The position numbers and the translations under genes were made by a program. A DNA stretch of 62,719 nucleotides, the filler included, from Globobulimina sp. (taxonomy: Eukaryota), in the NCBI GenBank assembly GCA_003354225.1. It is 28 parts of 28 records of this genome, joined end to end, with 100 filler letters (N's around TTAATTAATTAA, not from the genome) between each part and the next. Parts side by side here need not be neighbours in the genome. Positions count along the whole stretch, not along the records: positions 58,336 to 60,477 come from PIVH01008676.1; positions 60,578 to 62,719 come from PIVH01008677.1; 26 more parts are not named here. The stretch is one strand, 5' to 3'. The notes beneath the pieces are model-generated. The model saw nothing but the letters and a program-made list of their open reading frames with translations, ran no database searches and was not told where the DNA came from. Positions 58,546 through 62,719 of the stretch are shown piece by piece (position 1 is the stretch's first letter; every line of letters begins with the position of its first letter).

Positions 58546-60309
58546 TTATCTCAATATATCTGATAATTTTTCGATATAATCTTTCAATTTTACATTCCCC
58601 CAACCAGTCCACTCATCCTTTTGTACAAATTGCGAAAACATATTTGCATACATATCCAATACTTCTTTCTCACCTTTCCTCATCAATACAATATTCCTTT
58701 GATTACTATTCATTGGATATTTATTATCATATAACAATGCCACATCTTCACACAACAACGTATCAAATTTATTCAATGCCAACTGCGCTGCTTCGGATAT
58801 TAATTTCAATGCTTTCCTCTCATTCGACATTGACAAACTAACAATGCGTTCAAAAGATTCTGCAAATTTAACATCCTCAATTTCCTTCTCATCACAACTC
58901 ATTAATCTCGCCATGCCAAATAAACCCAAACCCGCACTCGTCTCATATTCATTGCCCACAACAAAAGCAACATCATGGCCATGCTGTGGAAATGGAGAGT
59001 TTTGAACCAATGCACGTATTTTCTGCATCTTTTTCATATCCAAATCTTTTTTACTCATTGCTAATTTACATATATTCAACGATATTTTCGCTTCATTCGC
59101 ATCGTTCTTTGCATCCGATATAAACCCATAATTCACAAAAAAACGCGAATTACATTTCTTGCCATACGTAACAAATAATTCATCACCGATTTTTATTCTG
59201 CTCGTTGCCTGCACAATAAATGCAGATTGATTATCATCGTACGTCCATTGCACATTCCTACCCGGTTTGGCATGGTCCAGTAAGTCAGCAAAGGGCACCA
59301 AACCGCAAGTTTTATGCTTATCCATTTGTAGACCAAATATCCGGGTAATAACCACCAAGCGCGCCCATACAAAATCAGCAAACGATATATTTTGCGATTC
59401 CAACACAATTTTTAAAGCTTCATACTGTCGTTGCCATACAAAAGTTTTTCTTTGTATTTTTTCAATGGTCATGGACCCTTTTAATTGGTTAAGTTCTTCT
59501 TCATTAAAGTATACCGGCACTGTATTGAACTGCGTGGGCAACATATTAAAGAATGGAAACCAAAATGAATCAGTTCCTTTCTTTTTTTCTGCTAATAAAT
59601 ATGCAGCGATCCAAGTATGATCGGAGGAGATTCTGTGTGCAACGCAGTTTAATTTCTGTCCGATCGGAGATTCTTTGGCAAGCTCAAGAGTTATGATGCA
59701 TTTTGGAGGGATGGTTGCGAACAACATTCCGCGCTGTCCCTCAGATGTCGCGTATATACCATTTAATTTATTTTGTGTGAAGTTAGCAAAGTTGGCTCCA
59801 TTCTCTGTTAACCAATCCATCAATGCTCTATATTTTGTGGCAGTCATTTCATTCCACAATCTTTTCTTGTTTGTATTAACCACATTGTCGGAGGCTTTTA
59901 GCGGTAAAAAATCACTAATTTTGGTGTCTGCAATGCGGTCAATATTGTTGATTATTTTCGCGTATTCATTGTCGTCAATTTCCACATCGACCATAGTTTG
60001 TGTACATAATTGTTGCGTATAATCCATTCGGTTTTGTACGGAAATTATATCTGCTTTTGATGTGGAATCAAAATCAGCGCATTTCGACGATGCTTCGTTA
60101 CTGATATCACGAATAATTTGCTGTCTGTTATCAATATCTTGCTGTTGACATTGGGTTATACTGTCTAATAATAACTGTTTTGTGGTGGATAATGAATGCA
60201 TGGTTTGCTTCAAGATTGGATGTGAAATATCATCATCGCGCTTTCTCTCATTTTCATTCTGTTCCAAAGCATTTAATTGAGCTAATATTTTTTTCTCTTT
60301 TTCGCGCAA
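58546..60309 (-). CDS. SET-domain lysine/histidine methyltransferase (SETD3/Rubisco-LSMT type) with N-terminal coiled coil
   Basis: WL..NGA, FVWAR..VITR.F, LVPFADLLDH, YGKKCNSRFFVNYGF, LSMT substrate domain R.GEK.VL. Confidence 0.88.
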   Translation of the reverse strand: MREKEKKILAQLNALEQNENERKRDDDISHPILKQTMHSLSTTKQLLLDSITQCQQQDIDNRQQIIRDISNEASSKCADFDSTSKADIISVQNRMDYTQQLCTQTMVDVEIDDNEYAKIINNIDRIADTKISDFLPLKASDNVVNTNKKRLWNEMTATKYRALMDWLTENGANFANFTQNKLNGIYATSEGQRGMLFATIPPKCIITLELAKESPIGQKLNCVAHRISSDHTWIAAYLLAEKKKGTDSFWFPFFNMLPTQFNTVPVYFNEEELNQLKGSMTIEKIQRKTFVWQRQYEALKIVLESQNISFADFVWARLVVITRIFGLQMDKHKTCGLVPFADLLDHAKPGRNVQWTYDDNQSAFIVQATSRIKIGDELFVTYGKKCNSRFFVNYGFISDAKNDANEAKISLNICKLAMSKKDLDMKKMQKIRALVQNSPFPQHGHDVAFVVGNEYETSAGLGLFGMARLMSCDEKEIEDVKFAESFERIVSLSMSNERKALKLISEAAQLALNKFDTLLCEDVALLYDNKYPMNSNQRNIVLMRKGEKEVLDMYANMFSQFVQKDEWTGWGNVKLKDYIEKLSDILR

Positions 60310-60701
60310 TGCTTTTATTACATTGTTGACTGTGCTCTTGATTTTATTCGTAGCTTCTTTGACTTGTGCGGTCGGTATATTTTATGCATAACAATGCCAT
60401 ATAAACAGTAATAAATATATAATAGACTCAACTTTGCGCATTTTTGGTTGCTTTCAAATGTGCTGCAGTTTCAAATGNNNNNNNNNNNNNNNNNNNNNNN
60501 NNNNNNNNNNNNNNNNNNNNNTTAATTAATTAANNNNNNNNNNNNNNNNNNNNNNNNNNNNNNNNNNNNNNNNNNNNGCACCCGTCATTGTTGACACAAG
60601 CGCAAACAGAGAAATTGATTCGGGACAACAAGTTAGTACAATAAATAGCAAACAGTAACAGTATTTTCGTCTGGAAACATGTGCAGCATAAAAACTGCAT
60701 C

Positions 60702-62719
60702 ATGGCAGCGGTAAAAGAAGAAGAAGACATGAAAGACGTGAACGTGAAAGTTGTCGCAAACGAGTTATCACAATCCATCGATGATCCACGGCAATCCGAG
60801 TCGCTCAATTTAACCATTCGATTAAGTTCGAGTGAGCACGGTCGTAAATGCTATGTTGACCCACATGAAGCCTTCCCACAAGCGACCTATTATCTAAATA
60901 CAAACCTAAAACGACCCAATTATTATCTCAAAAAAGAAGAAAAATTCAATAAAAAAGTCTTAATCCATCGCGATCCAATCTCAATGGTTAAAAAAAATAG
61001 TAAAAATGCTAAAAATCCAAATCAAAATGCATCTAAAATGGAAGTTGAATCAGAATCCGACTTCGACTCTGATGACGACGACGATGATGATATTGTCGCA
61101 TATAACAATTTGTATGACATAGACAATGGTTCAGAGAATGAAGCCGATGATGAATTTTGTAGTGCCTCCGAAGCCAACGCAAATATGGACGTCAGGCCAG
61201 AGATGGAAATGCAAGAAAAATTAGAAGAAAATAAGGCGAGGAAGAACTTTTTAAATATATTCCCAGCGAGAAAATTCGCGAAAGAGAAGTCTGAATCGTA
61301 TGAATTGGATGCGAGCAAAATGAAAAAAATGGGTGCAAACAGCGGTGAGATTGGTTTCAGTGACGATAATAACATCTTATTTGAAGGCAATAAAAGGAAG
61401 AAACAGAAGAAATTTGGTGCCTGGGATGGTGTTTTTGTGAGTTGTCTATTAAATATATTCGGTGTGATTATGTTTCTAAGATTAGGTTTTGTCGTCGGAC
61501 AAGCTGGTCTATGGTATACTTTTCTAATTATATTATTAAGCTGTGTTGTTACTACATTAACGACGTTATCCATGGCTGCTATTGCTACCAATGGCGAACA
61601 ACGAGCTGGTTAAGTTTATTCTATCCATCTGTTTTTTTCATGCAAACCCAGAAAACCTTTGACATTTTTTGAAAACTGTTTTTTTTACTCAAGTCTTCAT
61701 GTCACCTCCACACATCATTTGAGCTTACTGAGCTCGAAGCTGTTTTTTTTGGTCAGAAACTATGATATTTTTGCCATGTGTTAAGGTGGAGCTTATTATA
61801 TGATATCGCGTACGTTGGGCCCAGCCATTGGTGGTAGCGTAGGTTTCTTATTTGCCATTGGAATGAGTCTCGCCGTGTCAATGTATGTCATTGGGTTCTG
61901 TGAAACCATCGTGGTTCAGGTCGGCACCATCACCAATGACCCAATCAACGATATCCGTTTATACGGTTCCTTACTAATAACAATATTATTGTTAATCTCC
62001 GTATTCGGCATCTCATGGATCATCAAAGTGCAATTTTTATTACTCTTCGTCTTAGTATTGGCCATTGGCTCTTTTATGATTGGTTCTTTTGGCGATGCCG
62101 GCGGCGCAACGGGTCACTATGACGACATTGTTGGTATCAATGGCTGGTTAAATGGCAACTTAATCGACAATTTTACGCCGCATTTTGCAAACCTGCCTAC
62201 TGACGACATTAATTATAACTTCTTTGTCTGTTTTGGTATCTTTTTCCCAGCGGCCACGGGTATTATGGCTGGCGCGAATTTATCCGGTGATCTCCGCAAC
62301 CCATCGCAGGATATCCCGCTTGGGACCTTAGCGGCGATTATAGTCTCCACCATTGCCTACATGGTAATGGCTTTGTTATTGGCGGTCTCTTGCAAGCCCT
62401 CCTTACCCGATGACGACACATCGGGCCTAATCTATAACTATATCATTATGAGCGAGGTGTCAGTATGGCAGCCTTTCATATTATTTGGTATTTATGCTGC
62501 CACCTTGTCCTCGGCGCTCACCTCATTGGTCGGCGCACCGCGTGTACTGTTATCGCTGTCCCGCGATAATTTGATACCGTATTTCGATTATTTCAGTGTA
62601 ACCAATGCCGACGGCGAACCCATTCGAGCTTACATAGCATGCTACATTATAGCGCTCGGATGCATATTCATTGGCCGTTTGAACATCGTGGCACCGCTCA
62701 TAACCCAGTTATTCTTGGT
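60702..62719 (+). CDS. SLC12 cation-chloride cotransporter (partial; intron 61609-61785)
   Basis: KFGAWDGVFVSCLLNIFGVIMFLR, AIATNG...GGAYYMISRTLGP, FFPAATGIMAGANLSGDL. Confidence 0.95.

Overview
This window is not one locus. It is 28 unrelated contigs of about 2.14 kb joined by artificial N-TTAATTAATTAA-N linkers, so adjacency across linkers is meaningless. Most contigs come from an AT-rich intron-containing eukaryote. Evidence includes short GT-AG introns, dyskerin/CBF5, SLC12, a SET protein, a mitochondrial carrier, RCC1, Pro-Thr mucin repeats and a eukaryotic tRNA-Sec; the style suggests a foraminiferan or other rhizarian protist (inference only). A few pieces are bacterial: a complete group II intron, a DUF2971-like ORF, and ahcY, mgtE and DUF3365 fragments. 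Some are fused to eukaryotic DNA in a way typical of whole-genome-amplification chimeras. Mobile DNA is abundant: two diverged DIRS-like tyrosine-recombinase retroelements, two non-LTR RTs, MITEs and a possible Helitron end. The most interesting signal is a conserved, highly base-paired non-coding element about 70 nt downstream of the recombinase in both DIRS-like copies; its G-U pairs point to an RNA antisense to the recombinase. Also notable are an apparently circular 2,024-bp single-gene unit, a CAP-Gly/tropomodulin-LRR fusion, a glucoamylase with an internal trefoil domain, a spliced sulfoquinovosidase-like GH31 and a membrane-anchored lactone oxidase. All homology calls are by motif recognition, not database search.
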